Sequence record: NZ_CP012741.1
Strand: one strand, 5' to 3'
DNA length: 64,000 bases
Source: a plasmid
This document shows, in pieces, positions 1-10,883 of the stretch. Below the pieces are notes generated by a model. It saw nothing but the letters and a program-made list of their open reading frames with translations. It was not told the origin of the DNA and ran no database searches. Numbering within the stretch: the first letter of the stretch is position 1; each line of letters begins with the position of its first letter. The position numbers and the translations under genes were made by a program.

Positions 1-14
1 GTATTTGGCGTGAT

Positions 15-614
15 ATGGGTAAATCTGTTCATGCTCAAGAAAAAGCCGACCATTACGAAAATAAAGCAAATAATGTCGGTTCGGCTGGTATTGCTTCCGA
101 TGATCCCGAAGCCGTTAGTAAACTAAAAGAAAAATTACTGAGTTTGCAAAACAGTCAAGAGGTTATGAAGTCAATCAACAAAGTGATTCGCTCTCATAAC
201 TTAACAGATGAAGATAAAATTGAGTTTATGGTTCACACTCACAGATTTTCAGAATCGCACGCTAAGAATATCTTGTTTCCTAAAACGGGCTCACCTGGCT
301 TTGCTGATTACGCATTGAAAAACAATAATGCAAATATCAGGACGATAAAACAAAGAATTGAAGAACTTGAAAAGCTTCATAGTCAAAAACCGTTTGATCA
401 AAATGGTGAAGTTGATGGTTTTAGTTATCATCTTTATGAAGAGGAAGGTCGCATTAAATTTCGTTTTGATGAAATACCCAGCGATTCCGTGAGAAGTATT
501 TTAAAGTCAAACGGTTTTAAGTGGTCGCGATTTAGTGGGGCGTGGGTTAGAAAAATAACGGCCAATGCGGTTTCTTCTACGCGATACATCTTAAAAATGT
601 TCACAACCCTTTGA
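15..614 (+). CDS. hypothetical protein; the frame stays open to the window edge, so the true start may lie upstream
   Basis: 199-aa ORF from the six-frame track with no stop between position 1 and the first ATG. The C-terminal GF-W...W-rich region is reminiscent of small accessory proteins of conjugative elements. No confident family assignment. Confidence 0.4.
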   Translation: MGKSVHAQEKADHYENKANNVGSAGIASDDPEAVSKLKEKLLSLQNSQEVMKSINKVIRSHNLTDEDKIEFMVHTHRFSESHAKNILFPKTGSPGFADYALKNNNANIRTIKQRIEELEKLHSQKPFDQNGEVDGFSYHLYEEEGRIKFRFDEIPSDSVRSILKSNGFKWSRFSGAWVRKITANAVSSTRYILKMFTTL

Positions 615-695
615 ACGCATGACGCCTCATTGTTAAAATGGGGCGTTTTAATTTTCACGTACTTCAATCTAAATAGATTGGTTTGATGGTGGTTT

Positions 696-1142
696 ATGAA
701 AAAGATTTCACTGTTGCCTTTGCTTATCGTTTCTCAATCTGTAAGTGCATTTTGTTTTGATGAGGCGGGGGCGTATTACAATGTTGATCCTACATTATTA
801 AAAGCTATCGCAAAAGTTGAAAGTAGTCTTAACCCGTCTGCTTACAACGAAAATAAAAATGCTGCTGGTAAAATCATTAGTCAAGATTTTGGTTTAATGC
901 AAATTAACTCAAGTTGGTTTGAAAAGCTTTCGGATTTTAATGTGAATGAGCAGAATGTTTATGAGCCTTGTTTTAATGTGTCTTTAGGGGCTTGGGTGCT
1001 TAGTTCTAACTTTGCTAGTCACGGTTATAACTGGAATAGTGTCGGGGCGTATAATGCGGGTTTCTCCAAGCGCACTGAGAACGCCAGAAAAATATACATC
1101 CAAAAAGTTAAATCTGCTTATTATTCTGAAAAAGTTAAATAA
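696..1142 (+). CDS. secreted lytic transglycosylase (Slt/MltE-like), typical of conjugative plasmids
   Basis: N-terminal signal peptide (MKKISLLPLLIVSQSVSA). Has the conserved E-S...GLMQIN...AYNAG motifs of family-1 lytic transglycosylases and sits next to the tra region. Confidence 0.8.
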   Translation: MKKISLLPLLIVSQSVSAFCFDEAGAYYNVDPTLLKAIAKVESSLNPSAYNENKNAAGKIISQDFGLMQINSSWFEKLSDFNVNEQNVYEPCFNVSLGAWVLSSNFASHGYNWNSVGAYNAGFSKRTENARKIYIQKVKSAYYSEKVK

Positions 1143-1699
1143 CACACCTTGCACCGTCATGGTGCAAATTTGATCCTCTTCAGCCTTTTGGCTCCCTCTT
1201 TGTTTCAACCTCGATCCTCTCAGTTACACTCTATTCAATCGCCATAGTGCGGCTTTTTTGTGTTGCCCTGGTCAATTTCTCTCGGGCCCGCACAGTTGAA
1301 GCCGGTGATGTCATGCTGACTTTTTACTTTCTCTGAAAGCGACCACACACCACGGCGCATTGTAAACAATGCGAATGGTTGTCTGAGAAATCAATAAGTG
1401 CATATAAAACAATGACTTAAATTGCTGTTTTGAGAGATATTGCCATTAGGAAAAATTTTCAAAATCCTAACTAAATAGCCGACAAAATCCCAATGTAAAA
1501 TCATATATATAGAATGAATTGTCATTGATCCCTTTTGGAGTAAGGCTCCAACCTTGGTTTCAATGCAAAAATATTTAAAATTAATTGAATTGTAATTTAA
1601 CCCTTGTGACATAAGGCTATGGAGGTGATTTTAAAGGAGTGATACAATGGTTTTACATTGATAATTAATTGGTTTTCATTGAGGAGAAAAAGCTAAATT

Positions 1700-2059
1700 A
1701 TGTCGCGTTCTTACCCTTTACAAAGCTCCCTGCGAGGGAAGCTAGAGCAAGATTTTAAGAAGTTCCGAGATAGAGAAAGGTTAAGTGATGCCGAGGCAAC
1801 TCGTCAGCTTTTCACCCTGGCACTGCGCATCAAGTTGAACGATAGTGACGATGATAGACCGTCCAACCGTGAGTTGATGGAAGAGACTTATCGCAGGGTT
1901 AGGCAAATTCAAGGAGTGTTAAATTTAAATTTGGCACATAGCTTTGATGGTGAGAGTTATTATAAGAACAAAGCCGAATCTATTGAGCAAAGAAAATCGA
2001 ATACTGCATTGGTAGATAAAAGTGTTGATGAATATCTTTCAGGCGAAAAAAAAGGGTAG
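1700..2059 (+). CDS. hypothetical small charged protein, convergent with traI
   Basis: 119-aa ORF with a plausible SD (GAGGAGAAAAAGCTAAATTATG). Its stop codon lies inside the shared terminator hairpin. Confidence 0.4.
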   Translation: MSRSYPLQSSLRGKLEQDFKKFRDRERLSDAEATRQLFTLALRIKLNDSDDDRPSNRELMEETYRRVRQIQGVLNLNLAHSFDGESYYKNKAESIEQRKSNTALVDKSVDEYLSGEKKG

Positions 2060-2078
2060 CCGTAGCTACCCTTTTTAT
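2046..2078. terminator. bidirectional rho-independent terminator shared by traI and the convergent upstream ORF
   Basis: A-run, GGGTAGC-cgta-GCTACCC perfect 7-bp stem, then T-run (AAAAAAAAGGGTAGCCGTAGCTACCCTTTTTAT). The TAG of the plus-strand ORF is inside the stem and the TAA of traI abuts the T-run. Confidence 0.7.
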
Positions 2079-5000
2079 TATCGTTCTAACTCTCTGTCGA
2101 TTTCTCTGTCCTCCCAATCACTTTCTTTCTCTTGATGTTCAAAGTTCATCTCTTGCTGAGGTGAATATTCTTTTGGCTCAAAGTGTTCAAGTGATTGGCT
2201 ATCGGTTTCTTTTTTCTCATCAAAGTTCAATGTATCTAATCCACTTTCTTGATGAGTGGAATGTGTTTCACTTAATTCAATATCGTGTACGATGTTGTCC
2301 CTCTCTAGTTTTTCAATGCACGCCTTAATGTCTTCCTTGAGATTATCATCTGACATGAATTGAATATCTCTTCCATTGAAGTTTTCGATGATTTTCTCAA
2401 TGTTATTTGGGTTTAAGTCGTGATTGCCTTGGTTTAGTACAATAATGATGTTCTGTCTCAGTTCATCGATGTTGATGTTTTGAATGTCGTTCTTGTGATT
2501 GACATTAATAATGTCAATTTGTCCTTGTGTTTGCTCTCGAATTAAAAATGAATTTTCAATCGAGGTGCTGATGATGGTCGTGTTTAAATTCTCTCCTTGG
2601 TGAAAATTTGTTAACTGTTTGGATTTGGTGCCCAGCGTTCTTGGATTAATGTCTAGCGTGTTATCTCTATTTCCTTGTGAATCTAAATAGGTTACTTCAA
2701 TGGCTTTTGTTTCACCTTGTTTGTTGTGGATGTTAGTTAACATGGCAGGGTGATAAGCTTTATCTTCGGATGAGTATACCGAAGGGTGAAATTTCACATT
2801 GTCGTTTTCAATGTTATTAATACCAAGGCTGTTTAAGTACGTCTGCGCCAAAGTGTTATTGATCGGCTGGCTTTGACTTATGTACTCTTTGGCTCTTTCT
2901 TCAAACTTAGCAATATGCTTTGGTGTGGTGCTCAGTAATTTTTCGTGTTTGCTGTTTTCCTCTAGTTTGTATTTTTCTGGCTCATTGAGCATTTTATGGG
3001 CTTCATTCATCGCCTCTTTATAACTCATGCCGTTATGGCTCATCATTAGGTTGATGAGTGAGCCTTTTTCGCCCGTTGTGTAGTCTTTAAAATAACCACG
3101 ATGCTCACCTGTTAAAGAGACTTTAATGGCGGATTTGCCGATGCCAAAGGTTAAGTAATCGCGGTCTGACTTGGATTGGTTTGGTCTGCCTAATAACTGA
3201 GTGGCAAGGCTTTCGGTGTATTTTGGTAGCTGTGTATTGATGTGCTCCCTAAATTTATTGTAGTCAAAGTCACCACTTTTATTTTGGAACCGGACGTCCT
3301 CATGCGGAAGCGCGTTTCGGTTAAAGTAGGTGGTGTCTTTGGGTGGAATTTGGTTAATGGTTTCAATGGCACTGGCTTTATGGCTTTCTTTGGATAGCCA
3401 ACTTTTGACCAATTGTGTGGTGTTATCGGTATAGAGTCGGATGTGTTGACTGGCACGGGTGACATCGATACCGGCGCGTCTTAGGTTGGTCAATGCGCCT
3501 TTGCTCTGAATGGCGGTAATGACATGGGGATAGGTGGCCCCTTGCGCCATGTCGGCGGTTCGACTGTAAGCGTAATCCCAATGCCCATCTTTAAGCTCGC
3601 TCGGGTTGATGGTAAGCGTCTCTCCTGTTTTCGTTTGCGCAATGATGCCGTCTGAGCTTGCTTGTGTGATGCGATATTCCACGTTGGCTTTAATGTCACG
3701 GCTTTTATCGGTAAAGCGTGTCACTATCTTATCGCCCGTTGAAAGTGGCTTTTCTGACACGCTAAACAGTGTCGTGAAGGTATGATCTCGATGACGAGGT
3801 AAGAAGGGCTTGCTCTTACCATTTTGATCCTGGAGCGTCACCACGCCATGCTCTGAATCTACGTGGGTAATAGTGGTGTATTCCCCAGGCTTGGTACTCA
3901 GTACCAAGCCTTTTTGGTAGGGCATCATGGTAGACAGTTCTTCCCCTGTTGCCCCGATAGAGCGCAGCCTGGTGGTGATGATGTTTTCTTTGCCTATTTC
4001 TTGGGTTTTCATTAATCCGACACGGATGTGTTCGGTGATGGTGTCACGCTCCTTGTTGGTGTACGCGATGATAAGCGTATTCTCTCGCGCCTCTGGAGTG
4101 CGCTCTAGATAATCTTTGGCCACAACAAAAGGCAGCTTTTCAGTGGCTTCTAACTGCGCTTTGCGTCTGTCTTTGTTGTTTTCATCCAGCGTAGAAATGA
4201 CATGTTGGCGGTTGCCTTGACTGTCAGGGGCTTGCTGCTGGAGTTTGTCCAGGGCGCTTTGAGGCTGCTTATCAATGGTGTTTTGCGCCGCATTCAGTAA
4301 GGGGTCGTTTTGCTGACGAATGATGTCTGTCATGTACGCGGTATCGATATCGCCTTTACTTATGGCCAGCTCAAACGGCTTACCGGCGCTAAGGGACAAT
4401 AGCTGCTCTTTATCACCTAAAAGTACCGCTTTGGACTGACTGGCATTGACCAGTTCGGTAAACTCCTTAGCTTGTTTGTTGCTGACCATCGAGCTTTCAT
4501 CAAGAAAGAACAGGGTGTGTTGATAATCGCTGGCGTCTCGATTGCCTTGCCTGATATCGGACAGCAAACTTTCCAGCGTTTGTGCTTTTACCCCTTTGCT
4601 TTCAAGCTCTGCCACGGCGGCGTGAGTGGGCGCAAGTCCAATCACGTTTTGCTCGGGCAACTTGCTGGCTTCTCTCACCAATTGGATAAGCTCAATGTTG
4701 GACTCTAGCATGGTGGACTTACCCGTGCCGGCTAAACCTTGAATGGCCACAAAGCTGTCTTGAGTGGTTGAGGTTAGCGTGATGGCGTCCTTTTGTCCGT
4801 GGGTTAAGCGAGGTTTGGTATCGAGAAAGGTTTGCACCTGCTTAGGGGTAGCAAAAGGCTGATGTCGGTCTTTGCCATCGACGATGTTTTGCAAGATGCG
4901 TTTTTCCGTCTCTAGCGCCGCTTGTGTCGTCCAGCGTGTCCCGTCGCTGTATTCCGCAGAGAGTGTGTCACTGCGTTTGGCCAGATCGATTTCAATTTGG

Positions 5001-7852
5001 TCTTTGGTGATAGAGCCACCGGCTTCTTCAAAAGCGTAACGAACCGCTTCGACCACTAATGCTTTTTGGCTAAATGCCGCCTCTCGCTCTGAAAGGTGGT
5101 TAAGGGCAAAGCTGACCGCTTTCTCGATGAGAGGGGTGTTTTGCACTTTCGCCAGTGCCGATAACGCCTGACTGACATCTTGTTTTAACAAAGCTTGGGT
5201 GGTGTCGTTTAGGTAACGGTCATTGACGTTTTGTGTCTGTAAGACACGCTCAATCGCTGACGGGGAAACTTGCTCTTTTTCCAATGCGCTTTGGGCTTTA
5301 TCGGGTTTATCGGTGAAGATATCAAGTCGCTGCGTTTTTTCGGTCAGATCATTTATCAGTGGTTTAGAAAGGGTAAACGCTTTGGCTGAGAGTAAGGTAT
5401 GCGCCTTTTTCTCAATATGGCTGGCACCTCGGACGTAATCATATTGCAAAGGTGCGTCTTTTAGACTTTCTAAGCTTAGGTGTTGTGACTTGCCTTCGCT
5501 TTCTAGCGTGATACCTGTCTTATTGATATTGGTGACAAGGTAACTTTGATTGGTGTCCAAACCGGAGGGGTAGTGCTTTCCTAACGTACTAAGGCGCTCA
5601 CCTTTGGCAATGTTCAAACTTTGCGGTTTACTGATTTGCATCTTCATGGCTTTAAAAGCCCGAGTGGATGGGTCGAACGTGTGTGACTGTCCGTCGTGTT
5701 TGCTGAGTGTTGTCATGGTATTGCTCTCTTTATCGATACTGGCAATAACAAAACTTTGAGGTTTGCCTTTGTCCCAATGAGTCAGCGTCATGCCAGGCTT
5801 GTAGTGTTGAACGAGCGGTTGCTGCGCTTTAGAGAGGTAGTGGGGGACTTGAGTGAACAGCGTCGTTTCATGGCGAGAAAGCGTGCCGGTGTTTTTGAGT
5901 CTATCCCGAATGGCTTCGGTTAATCGCCGTTGCTCGACACTGGATGTTGCTATCACTTGTGTGTTCGCTTTATCGGGGAGGTCAGCGTAAACGCGCGCTA
6001 TCCTATCGGTATCACTCTCATGCAGTTTTACGTCTGTTTCGATGGGTTTACTGCTCACCCAAGTATGGCTCTCCACATTGCCTTTTTGATACAGCGAGAT
6101 AGCGTTATTGGCTTTAAAACCTTGACGGCTAGAAACACGGTTTAGCATTACCACTTTGCTGTTTGATTGCTTGGCTTTATCGGTCAGCGCTAACAGTTCA
6201 TTGGCGCTCATCTTGTTGGCGTCATCGATGAGCAAGACGTCCTTGTTCGTGAGTGGTATATCACTTTGCAGTAAGCTATGGGTGGTGTGGCGCTGCTCTG
6301 GGGAAAACACATTGGCTATCCATGTCCCAAGGGTTTGGCTTTTGCGCTGTACGTTCTCCATCCCTTCTGCTTTGGTTTTGGCACTTTGTGAGACAAACTG
6401 AACCCGTTTACCACTGTGATTACCCGCGTTAAGCAACTGCTGAGCAATCCCTTGTGATGAGCCATGCACATTCACCACATGGAACTGTTTGGTGGAGTGG
6501 TACAATTCGGTAAGAAGACGCTGCTGGCTTTCAGGAATAGCCAGTTTATTGAGCATCTTGGGTTCAACGTGAGTACGCATATGGTGCGCTCGTCCTTGAG
6601 TGCTGTCGATAAGCGCCTTCTCGTTGTCAATTAAGCCTTTGGTGGTGTATTGCCCTTTTTGGCTAAGTCCTATCAACTCTCCTGTTTTTATCATCTCATC
6701 GGCGGCTTTTTTGATATCAAGTGCGTTTAATTGCACGGCCCCTTTAGTGAATTCTGAGGCGGTGAGTTCAATGATTTTTTCTAGATGCAAAGCGGTGCTG
6801 TATTGACCTAAGTGGTCGATGGCTCTGCTGATGGCGGCTTTCGTTTCATCGAGCGAGGGTATTGTTTGTTGCTCCTTTGCTTTCTGCGCAAGACCAACGA
6901 GTTGAGAGGGCTCATACCCTTGTTCTCTGGCGGTGTTCTGCCACCGTTTATTGAGGCTATCATTGCTTTGATAGGTTTTGCTTTTACGGGTGTCTAGAGT
7001 GGCCACATCGCGAGCGGCGCGAGACTCAAATCCCAAATCGAGCGTGCGCTGGTCAATTTGTTGTTTGCGAGTTGAGGAAGCGTCAATAATGGATTGAGGC
7101 ACGCCACTGACTTCAAACTGGCCATTGCCGACGCCTCGCGTTGCATAGCCTAAGTCCTGTGCCTCTTTTGCTAGTTGGCTTTGGTATAAGATGCCGTAGT
7201 ATTTTTGGAAGTTGTAGATGCGCTCGCCAGTGCCGTTAATGACGCCCCCTTTTTGTTTGATGCTAGATGCCAGCGTGCGAAGTTGCCCTTCTTGATCGCG
7301 GGTCATATTGGCCGCTAGAGCGTGAGAATGGACTTGCATGTCATTTTCACGGCTGGTCTTATGGCGCACGACCGCAAATATCATGGAGTTTGTATTGTGG
7401 AACTCACGCTCTCCTTCTTTGTTGATGGTGGTGATTTGCGCCACGTCTTTCTCAAGCTCTGTGAGAGCGAATTTAACCGCGTTGTTATGCGCTTCAATAA
7501 GGCGGGTGTCACCGCCAGTAAGCGCAAGAATGCTGATGGATTTAGGAGCGGAAAAGGTGAGATCAAATCCTGATTTATGATCGTCTCGCTTCCCCTTGAT
7601 GGTTTCATCGCCAAGGTTACCTGATAGCACTGACTCTAATGTGCTTTGGTCCACGGCTTTGCCAGCCAGTCCCGCCTCGACAGCAAGCTTGCCGTGCCAG
7701 AAGGTGTTTTCTCCCTGATCTTTTTCTTTGAGGTAGTAGTTGTCACCGGCATCTTTCTCTAAAGAGACATCTGGCAGATCTTTGGGGTTTTCTTCGCTGA
7801 GGTAGTATTTTGCAGCGCCAGACGCGGATTTGAGTGGGCTAATAGAAAGCAT
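2078..7852 (-). CDS. traI: TraI relaxase-helicase, MOBF family (TrwC/F-TraI-like), about 1,925 aa
   Basis: N-terminus MLSISPLKSASGAAKYY... with the MOBF relaxase histidine motif (HKTSRENDMQVHSHALAANMT). Downstream Walker A GLAGTGKST and helicase motifs. The track ORF starts at 7921, but the in-frame ATG at 7852 has a strong SD (AAGGAAAATACCCATG). Confidence 0.9.
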   Translation of the reverse strand: MLSISPLKSASGAAKYYLSEENPKDLPDVSLEKDAGDNYYLKEKDQGENTFWHGKLAVEAGLAGKAVDQSTLESVLSGNLGDETIKGKRDDHKSGFDLTFSAPKSISILALTGGDTRLIEAHNNAVKFALTELEKDVAQITTINKEGEREFHNTNSMIFAVVRHKTSRENDMQVHSHALAANMTRDQEGQLRTLASSIKQKGGVINGTGERIYNFQKYYGILYQSQLAKEAQDLGYATRGVGNGQFEVSGVPQSIIDASSTRKQQIDQRTLDLGFESRAARDVATLDTRKSKTYQSNDSLNKRWQNTAREQGYEPSQLVGLAQKAKEQQTIPSLDETKAAISRAIDHLGQYSTALHLEKIIELTASEFTKGAVQLNALDIKKAADEMIKTGELIGLSQKGQYTTKGLIDNEKALIDSTQGRAHHMRTHVEPKMLNKLAIPESQQRLLTELYHSTKQFHVVNVHGSSQGIAQQLLNAGNHSGKRVQFVSQSAKTKAEGMENVQRKSQTLGTWIANVFSPEQRHTTHSLLQSDIPLTNKDVLLIDDANKMSANELLALTDKAKQSNSKVVMLNRVSSRQGFKANNAISLYQKGNVESHTWVSSKPIETDVKLHESDTDRIARVYADLPDKANTQVIATSSVEQRRLTEAIRDRLKNTGTLSRHETTLFTQVPHYLSKAQQPLVQHYKPGMTLTHWDKGKPQSFVIASIDKESNTMTTLSKHDGQSHTFDPSTRAFKAMKMQISKPQSLNIAKGERLSTLGKHYPSGLDTNQSYLVTNINKTGITLESEGKSQHLSLESLKDAPLQYDYVRGASHIEKKAHTLLSAKAFTLSKPLINDLTEKTQRLDIFTDKPDKAQSALEKEQVSPSAIERVLQTQNVNDRYLNDTTQALLKQDVSQALSALAKVQNTPLIEKAVSFALNHLSEREAAFSQKALVVEAVRYAFEEAGGSITKDQIEIDLAKRSDTLSAEYSDGTRWTTQAALETEKRILQNIVDGKDRHQPFATPKQVQTFLDTKPRLTHGQKDAITLTSTTQDSFVAIQGLAGTGKSTMLESNIELIQLVREASKLPEQNVIGLAPTHAAVAELESKGVKAQTLESLLSDIRQGNRDASDYQHTLFFLDESSMVSNKQAKEFTELVNASQSKAVLLGDKEQLLSLSAGKPFELAISKGDIDTAYMTDIIRQQNDPLLNAAQNTIDKQPQSALDKLQQQAPDSQGNRQHVISTLDENNKDRRKAQLEATEKLPFVVAKDYLERTPEARENTLIIAYTNKERDTITEHIRVGLMKTQEIGKENIITTRLRSIGATGEELSTMMPYQKGLVLSTKPGEYTTITHVDSEHGVVTLQDQNGKSKPFLPRHRDHTFTTLFSVSEKPLSTGDKIVTRFTDKSRDIKANVEYRITQASSDGIIAQTKTGETLTINPSELKDGHWDYAYSRTADMAQGATYPHVITAIQSKGALTNLRRAGIDVTRASQHIRLYTDNTTQLVKSWLSKESHKASAIETINQIPPKDTTYFNRNALPHEDVRFQNKSGDFDYNKFREHINTQLPKYTESLATQLLGRPNQSKSDRDYLTFGIGKSAIKVSLTGEHRGYFKDYTTGEKGSLINLMMSHNGMSYKEAMNEAHKMLNEPEKYKLEENSKHEKLLSTTPKHIAKFEERAKEYISQSQPINNTLAQTYLNSLGINNIENDNVKFHPSVYSSEDKAYHPAMLTNIHNKQGETKAIEVTYLDSQGNRDNTLDINPRTLGTKSKQLTNFHQGENLNTTIISTSIENSFLIREQTQGQIDIINVNHKNDIQNINIDELRQNIIIVLNQGNHDLNPNNIEKIIENFNGRDIQFMSDDNLKEDIKACIEKLERDNIVHDIELSETHSTHQESGLDTLNFDEKKETDSQSLEHFEPKEYSPQQEMNFEHQEKESDWEDREIDRELER

Positions 7853-7922
7853 GGGTATTTTCCTTATGAAAATACCGCGAGCCAAAAAAGTGCACCCAAA
7901 ACGAGCAGAATCAACTAACAAG

Positions 7923-7950
7923 ATTAAAGAGAATGGCCATTCTCTTTAAT
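7923..7950. promoter_or_regulatory. 28-bp perfect palindrome about 70 bp upstream of the traI start
   Basis: ATTAAAGAGAATGG|CCATTCTCTTTAAT, 14+14 perfect. Lies between orf169 and traI; candidate operator, attenuator or terminator for the upstream gene. Confidence 0.4.
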
Positions 7951-8064
7951 ACTACAAAGGAGGTAAGACCTGTTTGGTTGATAAGTTTTGGGTGCGATAG
8001 GGGTATATCAGAAAAATGAGTTTTGGCTAGCGGCTAGGAGGTGGAGTAGATGTCGTGAGTAATG

Positions 8065-8574
8065 TTATTGCAGCTCTTTTAGCCGCAATGTATTCATTTT
8101 GCTTGAATAATGCACAAAATCAGTGGGTGGTGTATCGGTTGCAGAACAAAAAATATTGAGACAGTTTTGTATCTTTTCTAATGATTCATCATGTCCAGTT
8201 AACGATGCGGGTGCTCTTACTGATAGTTCTTGGTGTGTGATTGTTAGTATTTCTTCTAGTGCATTGGGATCTATCTTGTTTTTAATACCAATATCGTCTA
8301 ACGAACTAACAATGATGTTGATCGCGAAAAAAACCATGCGATTTAATTCCCTATAAGCCTCTGAATACAATAAAGTTGGATGTATTTCTGTGACTTGCTT
8401 TGTCGCGATTTGATTGACTATTTCCCAGTACTGTTCATCGATGTTGCTACCACGAGTGAAATGCGCGGTTATGGTTTCCTCCCAGTAGGGTATATCGATA
8501 AAATGGCGTTTTAATTCTTCCATACACCAGTTGACGTCTTGTTCAAATTGAGGGGTATCAATGTGTTTTTTCAT
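8065..8574 (-). CDS. hypothetical protein between traD and traI
   Basis: 169-aa ORF in the same orientation as the tra operon, with a clean start and no recognisable motif. Confidence 0.5.
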   Translation of the reverse strand: MKKHIDTPQFEQDVNWCMEELKRHFIDIPYWEETITAHFTRGSNIDEQYWEIVNQIATKQVTEIHPTLLYSEAYRELNRMVFFAINIIVSSLDDIGIKNKIDPNALEEILTITHQELSVRAPASLTGHDESLEKIQNCLNIFCSATDTPPTDFVHYSSKMNTLRLKELQ

Positions 8575-8640
8575 TTTCTTTCCTTATGCAAGGCAAATTG
8601 CCGCTGGCAGCAACGCTGAGCGGTGTGTAGTGGCTAAAAT

Positions 8641-8670
8641 GAAATTAAAAAGCCTTGCTGTAACAAGGCT
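8641..8670 (-). terminator. rho-independent terminator downstream of traD
   Basis: Minus-strand hairpin AGCCTTG-ttacag-CAAGGCT followed by TTTTTAATTTC, about 35 nt past the traD stop. Confidence 0.6.
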
Positions 8671-8704
8671 TGGATGAGCATGAAAATGGAGAAGAACCTC
8701 TGTT

Positions 8705-10810
8705 CTAATCCACCATTTCTTCTGTGCTCATTTGGATATCTTGGGAGATAGCGGCTTCTTCCAACTCTTGCTGAGCTCGCTCTTGATAGTCGCCATCGGA
8801 TTTGAGTTTTTCCGCATCCTCGGTGGCCAGCTCTTTGACTGTATCACTTCGCTGCGCCTCTCTGATTTGGTCTGTTTCCAGCTTCATCTCTTCGGGTGTT
8901 TCAAACTGCTTGGCTTGGATTTCGGTCAATGCATTGCGATCTTCGTCATTGAGGAAAATGCCAGGTGCAACACACTCACAATAAATCGCTTCTTCATACG
9001 CTTTGGTCATCGCCGGTGATGGGGTGTAATCGCGTTTGATAAAGGCGGCGCTGACATCTCGCATCTTATCAAAGTGCAAATCCAGTTGAGTGATGAAACT
9101 GCTGCCTGGTACGCGAAGGTAGCATTGCAAATCATCCATGGCTTGAATTTCGCTACTCGATACGACAGGGCGGGTGATGGTTTGGTGGCCAATCGATACC
9201 CCATCACGCAACGTATTCGCACCGTAAGAGATGTTTTCTCTTGATACATCGACTTCTTGTTCGCCCAAATCTTTGGAGGAGATTTGCGCCATCTGCGCCG
9301 AAGGTGCGCGGAAGTAAAAGCGAGAGTTGAGCAAATCAAAAATTACATCTGCGGTGTTTTTGCCGTAGGTTTTCACCAGTTGCGCATACGACTGGAGACC
9401 AATCACATAACAGCCACCAAACTTACGTACCTCAGCAATGATGCTATCGAGTTCTGGCAGTTTATGCAGACTTGGCATTTCATCCATAATCACCCAAATC
9501 CGTCGGTCGTCATCTGGATCGAGTCCTAAGATGGCGTTAGATGCAATCGCCAGCCAAGTCGAAATCAATGGTCTCAAGGAAGCGTGTTGTTGTGCGTTAC
9601 TCGATAAGAACAAAAAACCTCGTTGTTTATCATCGAGCACCCAATCGGTGATGGAAAACGGCTGGCGTTTGAGCTTGCCGTGCTCATCTTTTTCATCCAG
9701 TCCATCCAGAAAGCGCAAACTCTTAATGTAGGTGGCCAAAACGGATTTAATCGAGATGGCGGTTTTTTTGATGTCTTTAGAGACAAGAGATGCCGATTCT
9801 GTACCTTGTAAAAAGTTACCGAGGGTTTCGAGCTCTGAGGTGAGGATCAGACTAAGCAATCTTGCGGTCGAGCAAGGCTTATTGTCTTGGCTCATGCGAT
9901 ACGCGGTACTAGAGAAAATGGTACGAGCGGAATCTACCCAGAACGGATCACCTTCACCGTGCTGTGGAATAAGGGCATTGGCAATGTTCTCAAAGTCAGG
10001 GGCTTCCTTGGCATCGCACCACACATCCCAATTGGCGCAGCGCTCATCAAATGGGTTGAGTAAGATATCTTGGCTAGGGTCAAAAAACTTACTGGTGAAG
10101 GTGCAGCCCTTATCATAAACAATCGCTTTGTCGCCTCGTTTGCGTATCCAGCGCAGTAGTTTGCGCAGCATGACAGATTTACCTGCTCCGGTCGTGCCAT
10201 CGATGAGTATGTGCTGAACTTCAAATTCATGCTTAAACAAGGCAAGGCCATCGACTTTAAAATCAGAAATCTTTCCGTTGCCTACGCCTTGTTTTTTCAG
10301 CTTTTTGGCACGCTGTTTTAAATCTTGAGTGAGTCTTTTGGGCTCTGCGTATTGAAATCCCCGAACGTGAAGATCTTCACTTTGCTTTTCCCCCTGGCGT
10401 TTGAAAAAGGTCATTGCGCCCATCAAGATAGCGAAAGCAATCGCGAGGGCAATTAAGAAATTGATTTGGGCTTGGCGTATGACGTTGTCGTAAAGGGTAA
10501 TGAGCTGTGTGTTTTCGAGCTGTGAGGCAAGGGTGCCAACGTAGCGCTTACCATTCCAGAAGGTCGTTACTTCACTGTTTAAGTCATGGCCAAGGTTGGC
10601 ATAGAGTTGGTTGCGCCAGTAGTAGAATACAGACCAAAAGGCATTGTCAGGGGCGCGCAACCAGGTGAGAAATCCGGTTAACGCAATCACCGCCCAAATA
10701 GCAGCGTAAACTAAGGTATTGTTGACTTGAAAGAACATTCGGATGGAGTGAAAGGTGATTTGTCCACCACGGGTAAAATGATTGCCTTTGGAGCGTGAAG
10801 GTCTAGACAT
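8705..10810 (-). CDS. traD: TraD type IV coupling protein (F-like)
   Basis: 701 aa with N-terminal TM segments and Walker A GTTGAGKS. Acidic, Q/E-rich C-terminal tail as in F TraD. Confidence 0.9.
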   Translation of the reverse strand: MSRPSRSKGNHFTRGGQITFHSIRMFFQVNNTLVYAAIWAVIALTGFLTWLRAPDNAFWSVFYYWRNQLYANLGHDLNSEVTTFWNGKRYVGTLASQLENTQLITLYDNVIRQAQINFLIALAIAFAILMGAMTFFKRQGEKQSEDLHVRGFQYAEPKRLTQDLKQRAKKLKKQGVGNGKISDFKVDGLALFKHEFEVQHILIDGTTGAGKSVMLRKLLRWIRKRGDKAIVYDKGCTFTSKFFDPSQDILLNPFDERCANWDVWCDAKEAPDFENIANALIPQHGEGDPFWVDSARTIFSSTAYRMSQDNKPCSTARLLSLILTSELETLGNFLQGTESASLVSKDIKKTAISIKSVLATYIKSLRFLDGLDEKDEHGKLKRQPFSITDWVLDDKQRGFLFLSSNAQQHASLRPLISTWLAIASNAILGLDPDDDRRIWVIMDEMPSLHKLPELDSIIAEVRKFGGCYVIGLQSYAQLVKTYGKNTADVIFDLLNSRFYFRAPSAQMAQISSKDLGEQEVDVSRENISYGANTLRDGVSIGHQTITRPVVSSSEIQAMDDLQCYLRVPGSSFITQLDLHFDKMRDVSAAFIKRDYTPSPAMTKAYEEAIYCECVAPGIFLNDEDRNALTEIQAKQFETPEEMKLETDQIREAQRSDTVKELATEDAEKLKSDGDYQERAQQELEEAAISQDIQMSTEEMVD

Positions 10811-10883
10811 GGTGATTTCCTATAGTGTTAAAGTAATACTGAATGATTATTGGTTGATGATATTGCTGTGCAGGGGGGCTGAT

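Noticed and set aside
1143-1699. Possible finO/finP-like or other ncRNA in the 560-bp gap after the lytic transglycosylase gene
   Set aside because: Only weak hairpins (GCACC-gtcat-GGTGC; CGCC…GGC plus T6) and no recognisable family signature. Not reported as a feature.
3190-7614. Numerous 60-130-aa ORFs on both strands inside traI (e.g. 3190-3465, 3490-3699, 4472-4708, 7322-7573)
   Set aside because: Embedded within or antisense to the long, well-supported traI reading frame, low complexity, no RBS. Spurious.
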